Shown: positions 40,521-50,747 of the stretch, one piece after another
Numbering within the stretch: position 1 is the stretch's first letter
Layout: every line of letters starts with the position of its first letter
NCBI GenBank assembly: GCA_018654845.1
Contig: JABIKU010000016.1
Location: 3,727-67,726, forward strand
Length of the DNA: 64,000 bases
Origin: Methanobacteriota archaeon
GTDB lineage: Archaea; Thermoplasmatota; Poseidoniia; Poseidoniales; Thalassarchaeaceae
Reading direction: 5' to 3'
Notes under the pieces: generated by a model
Seen by the model: the letters and a program-made list of their open reading frames with translations, nothing else
What the model was told of the DNA's origin: nothing
Databases searched by the model: none
Position numbers and translations under genes: made by a program

Positions 40521-41600
40521 GTGCCTGCCTCTATGGAGTCGTTATTCACCGCAACTCTAATTCTTTTGTCTCCCTTATTTCTAGCGATTCCATTGTCGAT
40601 TGCATGGCGATGGTGGTCAGGAATTGAACCCGAACATGAGCATTATCGAGAGAAGGTAAGACGTGTACTTGATTCCGGCATCCCATTAAGACGATACCGT
40701 TCTGAATTAGATGCAGAAGCGAGACGTGTTTATCTTGACCCAGAAAGACAAGCTCGCATCGAGTCGGATTTACTCCATCCACTGAAATTACAACATTTTT
40801 TATTATTACCTGGTTTAATTGCCTGGCCCCTCCTTGGATTATTCGCAGCAATCATTGCAATCCCTCTTATGCCAATGATGAGGGTTTTGGAATGGATATT
40901 AATTGACAAAAGAAATTTAGCTCGAATTGCTCACATTATTCAAAAAGCAACTAGGTGGGAAGTCATCGGGATCCCCCGATTAGATGATGGGGCAAAAAAC
41001 CCTGATTATGTCCTCAATTCTATTCATAGAATGCCAATTACTGTATTTTTAGGTTTATTCGCCTATTTGATAGTATCATACTTGCCTTTATCGCCCAGAG
41101 ATATCATACTTCTTACAGCCTTTTGTTACATTATATTGGTAGCTTTTATTTCAATTATTAGAGCTGCTATTGCCAACTCTCTTGTATTTGCTGATCCAAC
41201 AAAACGTCGATTAATTCCAATGGAAAATTTTGTTGAAGATTTATTGGGGCCTTGGGTGGGTGTAGGATTAGTGTTTTTGTTATCACGACAATTATTCTAT
41301 GGTAGCCAACTTCGCACAGATGGAATATTTTCTGATCCAATAATTTTTGCATTAAGTGTGTTATTGGTATTGTACACAGCGACAATCATTGGTGTTGCAA
41401 TAGAGTTGAGTTTCTTTCGTTCTCGTGGGGACAATGTCAAATTCACTTTTCAAAAACAAATGATTGAAGATTTTTCCCCTACTTTATATTTGTTTACAAG
41501 ACATTTAGGTTCCTTACGAATTTCTCCTTTAATGAGCCTCGAAGAATGGATAGATAGGGATGAATCATTCGACTATGACGAAATAATTGATTCAAAATGA
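40521..41600 (+). CDS. Hypothetical polytopic membrane protein
   Basis: 359-aa ORF with about 6 hydrophobic helices. Confidence 0.7.
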   Translation: MPASMESLFTATLILLSPLFLAIPLSIAWRWWSGIEPEHEHYREKVRRVLDSGIPLRRYRSELDAEARRVYLDPERQARIESDLLHPLKLQHFLLLPGLIAWPLLGLFAAIIAIPLMPMMRVLEWILIDKRNLARIAHIIQKATRWEVIGIPRLDDGAKNPDYVLNSIHRMPITVFLGLFAYLIVSYLPLSPRDIILLTAFCYIILVAFISIIRAAIANSLVFADPTKRRLIPMENFVEDLLGPWVGVGLVFLLSRQLFYGSQLRTDGIFSDPIIFALSVLLVLYTATIIGVAIELSFFRSRGDNVKFTFQKQMIEDFSPTLYLFTRHLGSLRISPLMSLEEWIDRDESFDYDEIIDSK

Positions 41601-42506
41601 TTCGAGGTACAGTGTCGTAGGTTTCTTGTCAATAATTGAGATTTCATTGTTGTCTTGAAAATGGGTTGGTAGTATTGCGAATCCATATGATTTATCTCCA
41701 ATAATTGAAATAGTCGTAATCATAATTTTCTTTCCATCTTCAGATCGATATTTACCTGTGTGAAGATGACTGTTGGCGACAAATTTTGCAATAAATTTTG
41801 TGTGTTTTCCCCTGCTTTCAATTCTTGCATGAATTTCTTGTCCAGGATAACAACCTTTGTTTGAATCGATTAAGTGGCCTAAACCACATTCAAAAGGCAA
41901 TGGACTAGACATTAAATCATCACACTGTAGAATTGAATTGTCAATACAAAATTTATTCCATGTGTTTATAGAAGATTTTTTCAAAGCAGATTCAATTCCA
42001 GACTCTAAGAAAAAACTCAGAGAATCGGTTTGAATTATCAAGTCAATTGATGGTGGATTTGTATTGTTGTAACATATTAATTTCGATTCGCTTTCAATCC
42101 ACGCCTTTGATTCATCTAGACTCTTTTCTAAATTGAAGGAGTTAGCAATATCATTTACTTCTTCACCGAATATTGTCAAAAATGTTAGCGCTTCATCGCC
42201 ATCCATAATATTGATTTTTTCATTCCAATTTTTCCCTTGAACTAGTTTTTGTCGGTTATTATCCCCATTTGTGTTAATACCCATGACGATTAGTTTTCCA
42301 TCGGAAAAAATCACCTCTAAGAAATCTTCAATTCTTCCCGAAGCCCCACATAATAGAGTGAGATTCAAATTTCTGTCTGAATTATTCTGAATTGTATTGG
42401 TAATTATTCGATTTAAAAATCCTAAGGGGTTATTTCCTTGTAAAATTGTAAAATTATTTTCTCTAATATGGTAGTTAATTTCACTTAGATTTCCGTCCAC
42501 AATCAT
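41592..42506 (-). CDS. YgfZ/Iba57-like folate-binding Fe-S maturation protein
   Basis: Signature KGCYPGQE. Confidence 0.82.
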   Translation of the reverse strand: MIVDGNLSEINYHIRENNFTILQGNNPLGFLNRIITNTIQNNSDRNLNLTLLCGASGRIEDFLEVIFSDGKLIVMGINTNGDNNRQKLVQGKNWNEKINIMDGDEALTFLTIFGEEVNDIANSFNLEKSLDESKAWIESESKLICYNNTNPPSIDLIIQTDSLSFFLESGIESALKKSSINTWNKFCIDNSILQCDDLMSSPLPFECGLGHLIDSNKGCYPGQEIHARIESRGKHTKFIAKFVANSHLHTGKYRSEDGKKIMITTISIIGDKSYGFAILPTHFQDNNEISIIDKKPTTLYLESF

Positions 42507-42515
42507 ATTATGGCC

Positions 42516-42905
42516 TCATCCAAAGGATTGGCCGCAACCACATTCTCTAGATGCATTTGGATTAGCAATATTGAACCCTCCACCCATCAAACTATCTTTG
42601 TAATCAAGTTCAATACCGTTTAATAAGTAACTATCACTATTATGAATATATATTCTTATGTCGTCAAATAATAATATCTGAAATTCAATATTATCTTTGG
42701 GATTTTCATCAATCTTCATGTCGTAAACATATCCTGAGCACCCTCCTGATTGGGCACTGATAATCAAGCAATGTGTACTTTCTTCATTTTCAAGAGTTTT
42801 TTTCATCTGTGCAAGGGCAGAATCGGTAACTGTAATTGAGGCTGGAATAATGGGGTTGTTAGCAACTATTGGCAAAGAGAACCCGTCTCCCCCTAAAATT
42901 CCCAT
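42516..42905 (-). CDS. A-type Fe-S carrier (IscA/SufA/ErpA family)
   Basis: GGCSGY and NPNASRECGCGQSF. Confidence 0.94.
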   Translation of the reverse strand: MGILGGDGFSLPIVANNPIIPASITVTDSALAQMKKTLENEESTHCLIISAQSGGCSGYVYDMKIDENPKDNIEFQILLFDDIRIYIHNSDSYLLNGIELDYKDSLMGGGFNIANPNASRECGCGQSFG

Positions 42906-42991
42906 GTTTGTTCGATATCGTAATATTATTTTAACATTCTAAATGTCAATATACCATTCAACACATATCTAATGACCCCCGGCGGTGACAT

Positions 42992-43804
42992 ATGACTGGA
43001 GTTGAGAGGGTAAATGTCAAACAAGTCACAGATCTTTCAATTATGAATATGAATGACGATGTATGTATCGAATCACCCCTCTCAATATCTATTATCGATT
43101 CTCAAACCGAAGAACACTCACTTGGTATTACAATGAGAACTCCTGGTGATGATGAAAATCTAGCTTTAGGGCTCATATATTCTGAAGGAATAATTAACTC
43201 ATTTAATGATATCAAAAAAATCATTTCAAGTAATAATTCCATAAAAATAGTTTTGAAAGACAAAATTCCATGTGATTTAATGACCGAAAGAAAATTAAAT
43301 ATTTCAACATCTTCTTGCGGCATTTGTGGAAAAGAATCAATTTCAAACTTTTTACATTTGCATGGCCCCTTGATATCCGAATCCGATAATGTAAATTATA
43401 ATATTATTACACAATGTGTTTCAAAACTTCAGAGTGAACAATTATTATTTAACAAAACAGGAGGTTCTCATGCTACATGGCATTTTTCTAATGATGGCCA
43501 ATTAGAGTATTTTTCAGAGGATGTGGGGCGTCATAATGCATTTGATAAATTAATTGGAAAATTATTGAAACTTGACCGGATACCAATAACCAATCAAATA
43601 GTAGTGGTATCTGGTCGAATATCTTTTGAAATAATACACAAGGTAAGGAGAGCTGGATATGCAATAATTATTGGCCTTGGCGCTCCAACAGATCTATCTG
43701 TCGAAATAGCTATTGAACATGGGATATCACTTGTTGGATTTGCAAAAAATAATTCTTTTACAATTTATTCTCATCCGAAACGTATAATCGAATCCATTGA
43801 TTAA
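42992..43804 (+). CDS. fdhD: FdhD sulfurtransferase
   Basis: MRTPG, SSCGICG, TGGSH, EDVGRHNAFDKLIG, SGRISFE. Confidence 0.93.
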   Translation: MTGVERVNVKQVTDLSIMNMNDDVCIESPLSISIIDSQTEEHSLGITMRTPGDDENLALGLIYSEGIINSFNDIKKIISSNNSIKIVLKDKIPCDLMTERKLNISTSSCGICGKESISNFLHLHGPLISESDNVNYNIITQCVSKLQSEQLLFNKTGGSHATWHFSNDGQLEYFSEDVGRHNAFDKLIGKLLKLDRIPITNQIVVVSGRISFEIIHKVRRAGYAIIIGLGAPTDLSVEIAIEHGISLVGFAKNNSFTIYSHPKRIIESID

Positions 43805-45684
43805 TTATTATTAACTAAGTGCTTATCTTGTTCTTTTTTTAATAATTTACAACGATTATATTGAGTTTTGCAAAGCATTAGGTCTTCAGAATCCAAACCT
43901 CTAGATTTTGCTTGTTCAAAGCATTTCATAGCATCTTCATAATGTTCAATTGCAGCATAAGATGACCCCATGTTGTACAATGTTCTTCCATTCACATTCT
44001 CAGGATCCATGGATATTGCAGTATGGTATGCTTGAATGCTATCTGGGAACCGTTCAAGTTGATATAGAGCGTGACCTTTACCATTTTGTGAACGAATTCT
44101 TAATTCGATTTCTTCTCTTGGAGCGCTTTTTATTACCTTTTCGAAACAATTTAATGCCTGTACCGCGTTAAGTTCTGTTAACATCGTTAATCCTTTGTTA
44201 TACCATTCTATAGATTCATTGAGAGTTACTTTTTCTGAAACACTTGTTTTACTAACTTTTTGTTTCGCCTGTATAGCTGCTTGGACCAAATCTTCCTCAT
44301 TTGAATCTGTCGTAAACTGTTCAAGGGCTCCCGCCTTTTCAGATAATTCGGAAGCACGCGACAAACATTGTTCCGCCCGTTCTTTATGTCCTGCTGCAGA
44401 TAAAGCCGATGCTAAACCTTGCCAAATTAACGGGTCAGAGGAATCTTCTTGGAGCATTTCCTTCCATTCTTTGACCGAATCTGCATAATTTCCTTCGTTA
44501 TAATATGATTCAGCTCTATAAATTCGAGCGGATTTCAAATTTACAAATTCATCTTCTATCAAGTCCTGTTCAATAATTTCTTTATCCTTTGTAGATATTT
44601 TCTCACTTGGGAGTACTATTTTTTTATCTTCATCTTCTTCAATTTCCGGAAGCAACTCTTGATTTTTTGCAATAATATTCTCCTCATCTATGGTTTCCGA
44701 GTTTTTCTGAAGGATATTTTCTTCTTCAAAAATAATTTCTTTAATTTGATTTATAGAATCTAAAGCAGCATCATTTTTGTTCATTTCATATGTTTTTTCA
44801 AAATATGATAGAGCATTTTCAAAATCTTCTTCTTCAAAAAATATGTCACCCAACCTTGAATTCGCATATAGGTCGTCTCCATAATCTAAAACACTGAGGA
44901 GATATTTTTTTTCTTCAATAATATTTCCAATTTCCCTATAGTATTCTGCAATTAAACTATTAGATTTTTTCGATTTTTCTCCTAAAGCCAAGGAAAATTC
45001 CAGAGAATTCTTCGCCTCCTCCTTCATTTCTAATTCCCATAATGCGACACCACAATAGCGCCACAAGGTCGAATTTTCAGATGCATCAGTCTCTAATCTA
45101 TTTTTCAATAATTCCAGTAGTTCTTGGTGTAAATTTGAGTCTAAATATTCTCTAGATTTTTCAATTAAATCCTCAATGGAATATTTTTTTTTCATTTCGA
45201 CAGTATTGTTAATTATTACTGGTTTGGCTATTAAGTCAGGAAGTTCTGCTTCGGTTTGTATAGCTTGAGATTGATGTTCTGAATTAATATTTGTATACAC
45301 ATGTGAAGCTTCGATTAATGGCAAAGGTTCTACTGGATGAAGATTAGATAAACGAATAAGTTCACTGTTTTCCCCCATATATTTGATACCAATTCTTGCC
45401 AAGTTAGCTGATCTTTTTGAATCAATTTTTTCAATAAGTACTGCTAAATTAGCAGCACTTGGCCCATGTTTCGAATTCAATTCAAAAGCATTTTCAAAAG
45501 CCTGGACTGCTTTTTCTCTTTCCCCAATTTTAGCTTGTATTACTCCGAATCCATACCAAGCTGAAGCGTTTTTCGGATCTAGAGTTGTAACTCGTTTGTA
45601 TAATTCACTTGAACTATGTAGATCATTTGCATTAGCTTTTTCTTCAGCTTGAAGTAATAACTTGATGAGATCCCCATCGTTCAT
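43801..45684 (-). CDS. Tetratricopeptide repeat protein
   Basis: Multiple TPR units (AWYGFG, WYNKG, LYNMG) separated by acidic linkers. Confidence 0.88.
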   Translation of the reverse strand: MNDGDLIKLLLQAEEKANANDLHSSSELYKRVTTLDPKNASAWYGFGVIQAKIGEREKAVQAFENAFELNSKHGPSAANLAVLIEKIDSKRSANLARIGIKYMGENSELIRLSNLHPVEPLPLIEASHVYTNINSEHQSQAIQTEAELPDLIAKPVIINNTVEMKKKYSIEDLIEKSREYLDSNLHQELLELLKNRLETDASENSTLWRYCGVALWELEMKEEAKNSLEFSLALGEKSKKSNSLIAEYYREIGNIIEEKKYLLSVLDYGDDLYANSRLGDIFFEEEDFENALSYFEKTYEMNKNDAALDSINQIKEIIFEEENILQKNSETIDEENIIAKNQELLPEIEEDEDKKIVLPSEKISTKDKEIIEQDLIEDEFVNLKSARIYRAESYYNEGNYADSVKEWKEMLQEDSSDPLIWQGLASALSAAGHKERAEQCLSRASELSEKAGALEQFTTDSNEEDLVQAAIQAKQKVSKTSVSEKVTLNESIEWYNKGLTMLTELNAVQALNCFEKVIKSAPREEIELRIRSQNGKGHALYQLERFPDSIQAYHTAISMDPENVNGRTLYNMGSSYAAIEHYEDAMKCFEQAKSRGLDSEDLMLCKTQYNRCKLLKKEQDKHLVNNN

Positions 45685-45807
45685 AAATTTCCGATATACT
45701 CATTTCAGTTAAGTATTATCTATTATTGAGTAATTTCAAAAGAAATACATTTGGAACTAATTATAATCGAACAACTCCTAGGGATTAATATTGGCTATTG
45801 TGTTATT

Positions 45808-46212
45808 ATGAATCCATCAGACAGTTATCCAACAAGGGCACCAGTTGAATGGCATACAATAGGTGAGATTGGCCCCCATCCACAAATTGAAGGAATTACT
45901 GGCAAACAGGTAATTATTATGATAGAAAAACAAACGAAAGGGTTTGAAGGGATGGTTTCCAAATTATTTAATGCTCCTAGAAAATTAAAAAGACCATTAG
46001 ACGATTTGAATTCATTGTTCTGGGAACTAATGGACGGTTCAAGAGATTTGAAAACAATAGTACAAATTATGGATTCGACTTTCCATGAAAGGATCGCTCC
46101 TGTTTCCGATCGACTTTCAGCTTCATTAGTTAATTTTCTCAAACTCAATTTAATTGTTCTTCTCGAATCTGAATTTGATAACAGTTGGGATGTCGATTCA
46201 GTTGATGACTAA
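45808..46212 (+). CDS. Stand-alone PqqD-like (RiPP recognition element fold) protein
   Basis: LDDLNSLFWELMDGSRDLKTIV..F..RL..L..LI pattern. Confidence 0.7.
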   Translation: MNPSDSYPTRAPVEWHTIGEIGPHPQIEGITGKQVIIMIEKQTKGFEGMVSKLFNAPRKLKRPLDDLNSLFWELMDGSRDLKTIVQIMDSTFHERIAPVSDRLSASLVNFLKLNLIVLLESEFDNSWDVDSVDD

Positions 46213-46214
46213 AA

Positions 46215-47021
46215 TCATTCAGAGATTTCGGGCGTGATTAACCTTATTTTTTCATCTTTTTTTTCTTTGTATGATGCTGCAAAATATGCTATTAGAGGCA
46301 ATATTATTAATAATGCAAAACAACCAATTAATGTTGCCAAACTATAGATGGATTCTTGAATTGGGTCCAAAACAAACTTTTCTACTGATATAATCTCATG
46401 TTGGGTATAACTAACATGAGTAGAAAAGTCATGGTTTTCCAATACACTTCCACTTTCATCTTGTAATTGAATTTTCCATGTGATTAATTGTTTATTTTCT
46501 GAAATTAAATTTTCTGATTCTTCCTCGGCGTGAACATTGCTTTCTGCTTGTAAATATCCGAGACCCCCTAGAGGCAATTCTAATGAGACTATACCAATTA
46601 ATGTGTTAGAATCAGATGTTGAAATTTGATGAAAATTGGACGAAACACAGGTTTCAATAATGTCTGAATAATCTTTTGTATTTTCCTTACAACTATAATC
46701 TCCCTCATCCAATCCCAATGAAGGTGTGTGAAACCATTCCGTTCCAATAGCTTCGACAAAAATTATTGAATCTTCAGGCGCGCCTTCAATAGTAGTATTT
46801 ATCCACGTAATCGCACTATTTGTAGTGAAATACCAATCTGCGCTAATATTATTTTCTTGAATAAGAGTTGCAGACACTTCCTCATTCGATGTGGAATAAC
46901 CATAATATTCAGAATTTACTGTATTGGAGTGAACAGCGTATCCCAAGGTAAATATTAGCATTAACCCAATACCTATCATTGTCCTCATCAGGTTTGGGTT
47001 CCTAGACATGGACTTCTTCAT
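46215..47021 (-). CDS. Hypothetical membrane protein with acidic extracellular domain
   Basis: N- and C-terminal TMs. Confidence 0.65.
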   Translation of the reverse strand: MKKSMSRNPNLMRTMIGIGLMLIFTLGYAVHSNTVNSEYYGYSTSNEEVSATLIQENNISADWYFTTNSAITWINTTIEGAPEDSIIFVEAIGTEWFHTPSLGLDEGDYSCKENTKDYSDIIETCVSSNFHQISTSDSNTLIGIVSLELPLGGLGYLQAESNVHAEEESENLISENKQLITWKIQLQDESGSVLENHDFSTHVSYTQHEIISVEKFVLDPIQESIYSLATLIGCFALLIILPLIAYFAASYKEKKDEKIRLITPEISE

Positions 47022-47160
47022 ATAACTCGGGCAGAACTCGATGTTTTGAAACCTTGTTGCCGCCCCTTCATGATTCTAAAGTAGTGGAAGCTGAGCAGGG
47101 GCATTATCATCACGATTAAATATGGATTGCAGGACGGCGGGCACGCACGAGTGTGGTTAG

Positions 47161-47631
47161 ATGACGACGATCCATGATGTACCTGCTGATTTGTTGATTT
47201 CAGCACTATCTGCGAAGATGCAAGAATTCGATTCTATTTCACCCCCCGATTGGGCTGAATACGCTAAAACAGGCACTCACAGAGAGCGCCCCCCTACGCA
47301 GGATGATTGGTGGTTCATTCGTTCTGCCGCTGTATTGAGGAAAGTTGGGATGAAAGGCCCCATAGGGACTAATCATATGGCACAATTATTCGGCGGCCCC
47401 AAAGATCGAGGTGTAAAACCAAACCGTGCTGCTTCAGGATCACGAAGTGTCGCCCGACTTATTCTCCAACAATTAGATTCAGCGGGATTAGTCAAGAGTC
47501 AATTGAACATCACAGGGACTGTAAACCACGGAAAAGTCCTCACACCTGTTGGCCAATCATTACTGGATGATTTTGCTCATTCTGTGCGTGGTGCAGCCGA
47601 GGAAAAATATCCAGGTCTTTCAAAATATTAA
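47161..47631 (+). CDS. rps19e: 30S ribosomal protein S19e
   Basis: [29 protein letters not shown]. Confidence 0.96.
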   Translation: MTTIHDVPADLLISALSAKMQEFDSISPPDWAEYAKTGTHRERPPTQDDWWFIRSAAVLRKVGMKGPIGTNHMAQLFGGPKDRGVKPNRAASGSRSVARLILQQLDSAGLVKSQLNITGTVNHGKVLTPVGQSLLDDFAHSVRGAAEEKYPGLSKY

Positions 47632-47642
47632 ACGGTGAGAAT

Positions 47643-47798
47643 ATGGCAAGAGTGAAACCATTGGCAAAAAAATTGAGACTTATGAAAGTCACAAAACAGA
47701 ACCGTCGTGTACCAGTTTGGGTGATGCTTCGTACCAATCGTAGTGTGACGACCCACCCTAAAAGGCACATGTGGCGCAGATCAAAATTACAGAGATGA
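47643..47798 (+). CDS. rpl39e: 50S ribosomal protein L39e (below ORF-track cutoff)
   Basis: Manual translation [51 protein letters not shown]. Confidence 0.96.
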   Translation: MARVKPLAKKLRLMKVTKQNRRVPVWVMLRTNRSVTTHPKRHMWRRSKLQR

Positions 47799-47803
47799 TT
47801 TAG

Positions 47804-48067
47804 ATGGCAGAAGTTAGAGAAATGATCATCCCATTAAGGGCGGCTTGGGCTGTTCCTCGTAATGCACGTGCAAATAGGGCAATGGCGGAAATCCGCAAAC
47901 ATGTTGCACGGCACATGAAAAAGGGTGAAAATGAGGAAATCTGGATCGACGAAGCCGTGAACCATGCAATTTGGGCAAGAGGTATGCAGCACCCTCCTAG
48001 AAAAATAAAGATTATTTGTACTCGTGAAGAGGGTTTTCCTCTTGAAGTTAAATTATTTGAGGAATAA
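47804..48067 (+). CDS. rpl31e: 50S ribosomal protein L31e
   Basis: [24 protein letters not shown]. Confidence 0.95.
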   Translation: MAEVREMIIPLRAAWAVPRNARANRAMAEIRKHVARHMKKGENEEIWIDEAVNHAIWARGMQHPPRKIKIICTREEGFPLEVKLFEE

Positions 48068-48069
48068 AC

Positions 48070-48261
48070 ATGGGCAATATCAGACCTTCTTTTATCAAAA
48101 TCAGAGCCTTGCGACTTTTGGATTTATATCCTGATAAGTTTACTAACGATTTCGATGAAAACAAAACATTAGTTTCAGAATTTACCGATGTTGATAACAA
48201 GCGTATGAGAAATTGGATCGCTGGCTATATCACAAGATATAAGCAACGCCGAGTGGATTAG
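48070..48261 (+). CDS. rps17e: 30S ribosomal protein S17e
   Basis: [25 protein letters not shown]. Confidence 0.96.
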   Translation: MGNIRPSFIKIRALRLLDLYPDKFTNDFDENKTLVSEFTDVDNKRMRNWIAGYITRYKQRRVD

Positions 48262-48290
48262 TTTTTCAATTAATTTCCAGTCGAATATTC

Positions 48291-49109
48291 ATGGGTAATC
48301 TTCAAAATATACCATATCCGGACTTTTCGGCTAAGATATCCATTATTTTAGTCGAACCTCAATTCGATGGAAATATAGGTGCTGTTGCACGAGCAATGCT
48401 AAATTTTGGTATCCAGGATTTACGAATTGTTGGTCATGATGGAAATTGGAGTACCGAAACCCGTAACCGTGCTAAAAATGCACAAACAGTTCTAGAAAGT
48501 TGTACAACATATAATTCCCTTGAGGAAGCAATTTCAGATTTGAGTATCGTTATTGGTACATCTGGTAAAAGAGAATTAGGATCCAAAACTTCTCTTAGAC
48601 ATTTTATTTCACCATCTGAATTTTCTCATAGATTAATTGGTATTGATGGGCAATTGGGAATAATTTTTGGCCCTGAAGGCATAGGACTTCTGAATGAACA
48701 ATTAACAAAATGTGATTTGTTAATGACCATTCCTAGTTGGGAAGGATACCCTATACTGAATTTGAGTCACGCTGTTTCGATTGTATGTTATAATTGGTAT
48801 ACTGCCAATTTATTAGCTTTGACCGATTTTGAAAAAGAAAAATTAATTATAAAAGATTCAGAACGATTACTCTCTCCAGAATTACGGCAGACATTAAAAG
48901 AATCAATTGCTAGATTATCGAAAAACATGCCTACTAAAGAACATCGTAGACAGGGTATTGAAGAAGTCATGACGCGCGTCATATTTCGTGGTCTACCATT
49001 GGATGATGAAATCCATCGCATTATTGGTGTTGTAAACGACTCTCAATTAGCATTGAAATATATGTATGAAAATCCCGAATTATGGGAAGAATATCGAAAT
49101 GAAAACTAA
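48291..49109 (+). CDS. trmJ: TrmJ-like SPOUT tRNA 2'-O-methyltransferase
   Basis: GNIGAVARAM.NFG, FGPE..GL, YPILNLSHAV. Confidence 0.85.
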   Translation: MGNLQNIPYPDFSAKISIILVEPQFDGNIGAVARAMLNFGIQDLRIVGHDGNWSTETRNRAKNAQTVLESCTTYNSLEEAISDLSIVIGTSGKRELGSKTSLRHFISPSEFSHRLIGIDGQLGIIFGPEGIGLLNEQLTKCDLLMTIPSWEGYPILNLSHAVSIVCYNWYTANLLALTDFEKEKLIIKDSERLLSPELRQTLKESIARLSKNMPTKEHRRQGIEEVMTRVIFRGLPLDDEIHRIIGVVNDSQLALKYMYENPELWEEYRNEN

Positions 49110-49558
49110 TTCTTTGTCCAAGTTGCCCATGATTTAGGCGTTTCTCTGACATGAAATGCACGTAGTTTCAATTCATTATCAAATGCTGATTTTATATGTG
49201 GCTCAACTTGTTCAAAAGCCCATTTCGCCAAATTTTCTGCTGTAGGGATAAATGGCATAATCACAGTCCTATGTTCATCTCCAATCTGAGATAGGGCTTG
49301 TATAGCAATACTATCATTTTCATAGACCAAAAAGGCGTGATCAACAATATCGTGTATATGTTCTGTGAGAATTTTAGAGATATCTGAGAAATCCATCAAC
49401 ATTCCTTCTTCTGAGGTGCCAGTTTCAGACACTACATCTCCTTCGATCTCTGCTTCCCAACGATACCGATGGCCATGAAAGTGTTTACACTTACTTTTGT
49501 GATTGGGTACACGATGCCCAGTATCTGTCTCAACCCATCTTCGTATTCTAGTAGTCAT
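49106..49558 (-). CDS. queD: 6-carboxytetrahydropterin synthase QueD
   Basis: GHR..CKHFHGHRY, DF, DH, PTAEN, ETP. Confidence 0.92.
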   Translation of the reverse strand: MTTRIRRWVETDTGHRVPNHKSKCKHFHGHRYRWEAEIEGDVVSETGTSEEGMLMDFSDISKILTEHIHDIVDHAFLVYENDSIAIQALSQIGDEHRTVIMPFIPTAENLAKWAFEQVEPHIKSAFDNELKLRAFHVRETPKSWATWTKN

Positions 49559-49959
49559 TACACATCACACCTAAATTGCATACTTGCAGAATTAATGCAG
49601 TATCTCTCACCACCCTCATCTTGTGGCCCATCTTCAAACACATGGCCTAAATGAGCATCACAGGAGCCGCATCTAACCTCTACCCTTACTATGCCCCCAC
49701 TGAGGTCCGGTAACCGTTTGATACCGGCATCGGGGTCTTCGTGGTGGAAGGACGGCCATCCACATCCTGAATCATATTTCATCTTCGAAGTAAACAATAG
49801 GTTGCCGCAACATATACAGAAATAATCCCCCCCTCTATTTTCATCCCAGTAGATACCTGAAAAAGCAGGCTCAGTACCAGATTCTTGTGTGATTTGATAC
49901 TGAAGATCAGTCAATCTTGATTTCAGCTCAATAATATTGATATTATTTGTTTCGTTCAT
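49558..49959 (-). CDS. msrB: Peptide-methionine (R)-S-oxide reductase MsrB
   Basis: GTEPAF, CICC, SGCGWPSF, CGSC, HLGHVF, RYCINS. Confidence 0.96.
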   Translation of the reverse strand: MNETNNINIIELKSRLTDLQYQITQESGTEPAFSGIYWDENRGGDYFCICCGNLLFTSKMKYDSGCGWPSFHHEDPDAGIKRLPDLSGGIVRVEVRCGSCDAHLGHVFEDGPQDEGGERYCINSASMQFRCDV

Positions 49960-50747
49960 GTGTTTGCCTCCTTGAATTCTCGGTCAGTTTTCAGGGCATT
50001 GTAAAGGACATCATCCCAGGGTTTGACATATTGAATAGGGTCATTTCTGCCTATTGCATGAAAAGCCAGTATTCGCTCTACATCCGAACCTGATGTACCA
50101 GATGATCGCCCATGGTTATCGGGGTTGTATGATGTAATCGTATTAGAAAATATAATGTCAAAATCAAGTCCGAGTTTTGAAATAGATAATTCAGCATCTC
50201 TTAGAATGGTTTCTTTATTACCATCAATATATGGCAATTTGAAAGTAATATTTTCCGATTCCCAATTTCCAATTTCAAAAGCATGTTGAAGAGCGTTGTA
50301 GAATTCTGGCCGGCAATCTGGATAAATTGCATGGTCTCCTGAATGTACACCTAATGCTACCTCAACCTTATTGGAATCTTTTATGGCTATAGACAAAGCA
50401 TGTCCATACAATATTGAAGCAAAAATTGCGTTCCGATTTGGGACGACTGTTTGTTTCATTTGTTGTTCTTCATAATGCCCCTCTGGTACTTCTATAGATT
50501 CATCAGTAAGTGCTGAATGAAAAGAAGACATCGCTGATGTCAAGTCAATAATTTGATGGTTTATATGATAGCCATTTTGTGAAAGATAACTAAGATTTGA
50601 TAGCGCTCTCTGAAGTTCTATCAAATGTTTCTGTCCATAATTATACGAAATTGCAAACACATCATATCCATCAGCAAGTAACCGCATCAATAGGGCAGTA
50701 GAATCCATCCCCCCACTAAATGCCATAACAGCAACCTTGCTTGTCAT
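49956..50747 (-). CDS. queC: 7-cyano-7-deazaguanine synthase QueC
   Basis: SGGMDS, YGQKH, VPNRN, DHAIYPDCRPEF. Confidence 0.94.
   Translation of the reverse strand: MTSKVAVMAFSGGMDSTALLMRLLADGYDVFAISYNYGQKHLIELQRALSNLSYLSQNGYHINHQIIDLTSAMSSFHSALTDESIEVPEGHYEEQQMKQTVVPNRNAIFASILYGHALSIAIKDSNKVEVALGVHSGDHAIYPDCRPEFYNALQHAFEIGNWESENITFKLPYIDGNKETILRDAELSISKLGLDFDIIFSNTITSYNPDNHGRSSGTSGSDVERILAFHAIGRNDPIQYVKPWDDVLYNALKTDREFKEANT

Noticed and set aside
47060..47102. GCCCCT..AGGGGC stem upstream of rps19e as a ribosomal leader
   Set aside because: Short stem with a long loop, lying upstream of the likely TATA (about 47116-47122), so probably not in the mRNA.
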